Shown here piece after piece: positions 62,851-64,000 of a DNA stretch of 64,000 nucleotides. The translations under genes and the position numbers were made by a program. The number at the start of each line of letters is the position of its first letter. Position 1 is the first letter of the stretch. Below the pieces are notes generated by a model, which was not told where the DNA came from, ran no database searches, and saw only the letters and a list, made by a program, of their open reading frames with translations. The stretch is from NCBI RefSeq assembly GCF_902713615.1, contig NC_052158.1:30421990-30485989 (forward strand), read 5' to 3'. Source of the DNA: Scyliorhinus canicula (lineage: Eukaryota).

Positions 62851-62885
62851 CTCATTCTGTGAATTGTGTAGAGAACTTTGGGAAT
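62851..62885 (-). CDS. Cytoplasmic micro-exon (D)SQSSLHNSQNE of a second ITIM receptor gene
   Basis: cattacatttgtacttgtag| ... gag|gtaagc, 35 nt, phase 1->0, the same architecture as exon 4 of the NCR3-like gene. Confidence 0.65.
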
Positions 62886-64000
62886 CTACAAGTACAAATG
62901 TAATGGAGCGAAATGTCAGTGAAGTGAAATTCAATAAGGTGCAGCATAATATTCAAAGCGATTGATTGATGTTTGATGAGTGACGCTCAGACATATCGAT
63001 ATGTAGAAAAATAACTAATTTATTTGAGGGATAGCACAGGTATTCAATCGCAGATCAGATTCGAGAGGTTGAATGGTAGTTTCTGTTTCTATCACGTCTG
63101 GTCATGTTTCGCAGTGTCTCCGAGGTTCTTCTCATAGAGCTGATTACTTTGAGTGCATGATGAGCATGAATGTTAACAAACCAACACGGTTCCAGAAACA
63201 GCAAACAGCAATCAGCTAAATGACGAATAGATCATTTGTTTGTATATTTGTGTCTGTCGGTGTGTTTCAATAAACAGTATTAGAAAGTATACTGACATAA
63301 CGTCTTGCTGATTTGTCAAGGAGCTAACTCTAACCTGGACAAGCCGGTATGGCGAGGAAATCTGGCAATGCTGTGCTCCACCCCTGCTACAGGAAGGCGC
63401 CATCATCTATTAAACTCTTGAAGTTAAACTTTGATCTATTTTGCTCCGGAAGCAAGCGCATCAACAATTGAATCGAAGTAACACAAGACAGGGCGACTAG
63501 GGGATTTTCACAGTAACTTAATTGCACTGTTAATGTCAACCTACTTCTGACAGTAATATATTATTATTATTGACTACTATTATTGAGAGACACTTATTTG
63601 TGCAAAGTCCAACTGACATTCATTTGAAACTAATAATAGCTGGATTACTTCATGAAAGCTAATGGGTAAAACAGCAAGCGCAGTCCTTTCATACCAACTA
63701 AATTAGCGATCACCAATGACCAAGCTGCATTGATAAAATCGTCACAAGTTTCTGGAATCAGCATTAATTAAAACTTGCACATATAGACAGATAGGTTTTA
63801 TAACTGTAGATAGATGTTGTGCTCGCTCTCGTGAAGGACTCTTCCGTTACTTGCGCGAGGTCCAATGTAGCATGGGCGCAAAAAGAGCTCCAGAAAAGAT
63901 CTCCCGTGTAAAATTTCCATTTCCCGGAACTGATATCTCATCACAGGACAATGATCCGATAGCGCAGTCGATTCTGCTTAATTTCCTGCGGGGAGAGCAG

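Noticed and set aside
63100-63400. Candidate TM exons for the second ITIM gene
   Set aside because: Hydrophobic stretches exist (LIAVCCFWNRVGLLTFMLIM) but none gives a stop-free phase 1-1 exon.

Overview
Repeat-dense vertebrate genomic DNA, almost certainly from a shark (HE1-type tRNA-head SINEs, CR1/L1/Rex-Babar LINEs, Penelope remnants, one Gmr1-type Gypsy element; catshark-like, but the species is inferred). Hand-splicing reveals an immunoglobulin-superfamily receptor cluster that the ORF track largely misses. (1) A complete 5-exon NKp30/NCR3-like gene on the minus strand (22878->15852, 216 aa): leader, germline-joined VJ-type V domain, NKp30-type TM with His at the position of the activating Arg, and a cytoplasmic ITIM (VQYCTL). 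It also has a possible short, motif-less alternative last exon. (2) Two tandem NKp30-like V pseudo-exons on the plus strand (31049-31383, 32520-32817) with different, complementary lesions. (3) The two cytoplasmic exons of a paralogous ITIM receptor (VQYATI) on the minus strand at 62.0-62.9 kb; its upstream exons were not resolved. (4) A third candidate ITIM exon (LAYASI, 10400-10609, plus strand) and weaker degenerate leader, V, TM and C1 remnants. The best candidate for an under-described system is an expanded, birth-and-death family of inhibitory-type NKp30-like receptors. Secondary highlight: about 200-bp palindromic Penelope-derived insertions with 12-13 bp TSDs that carry hammerhead-ribozyme core motifs. 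All gene models were derived by eye from splice signals and phase compatibility, with no database or RNA evidence. Repeat boundaries are approximate unless a TSD is given.
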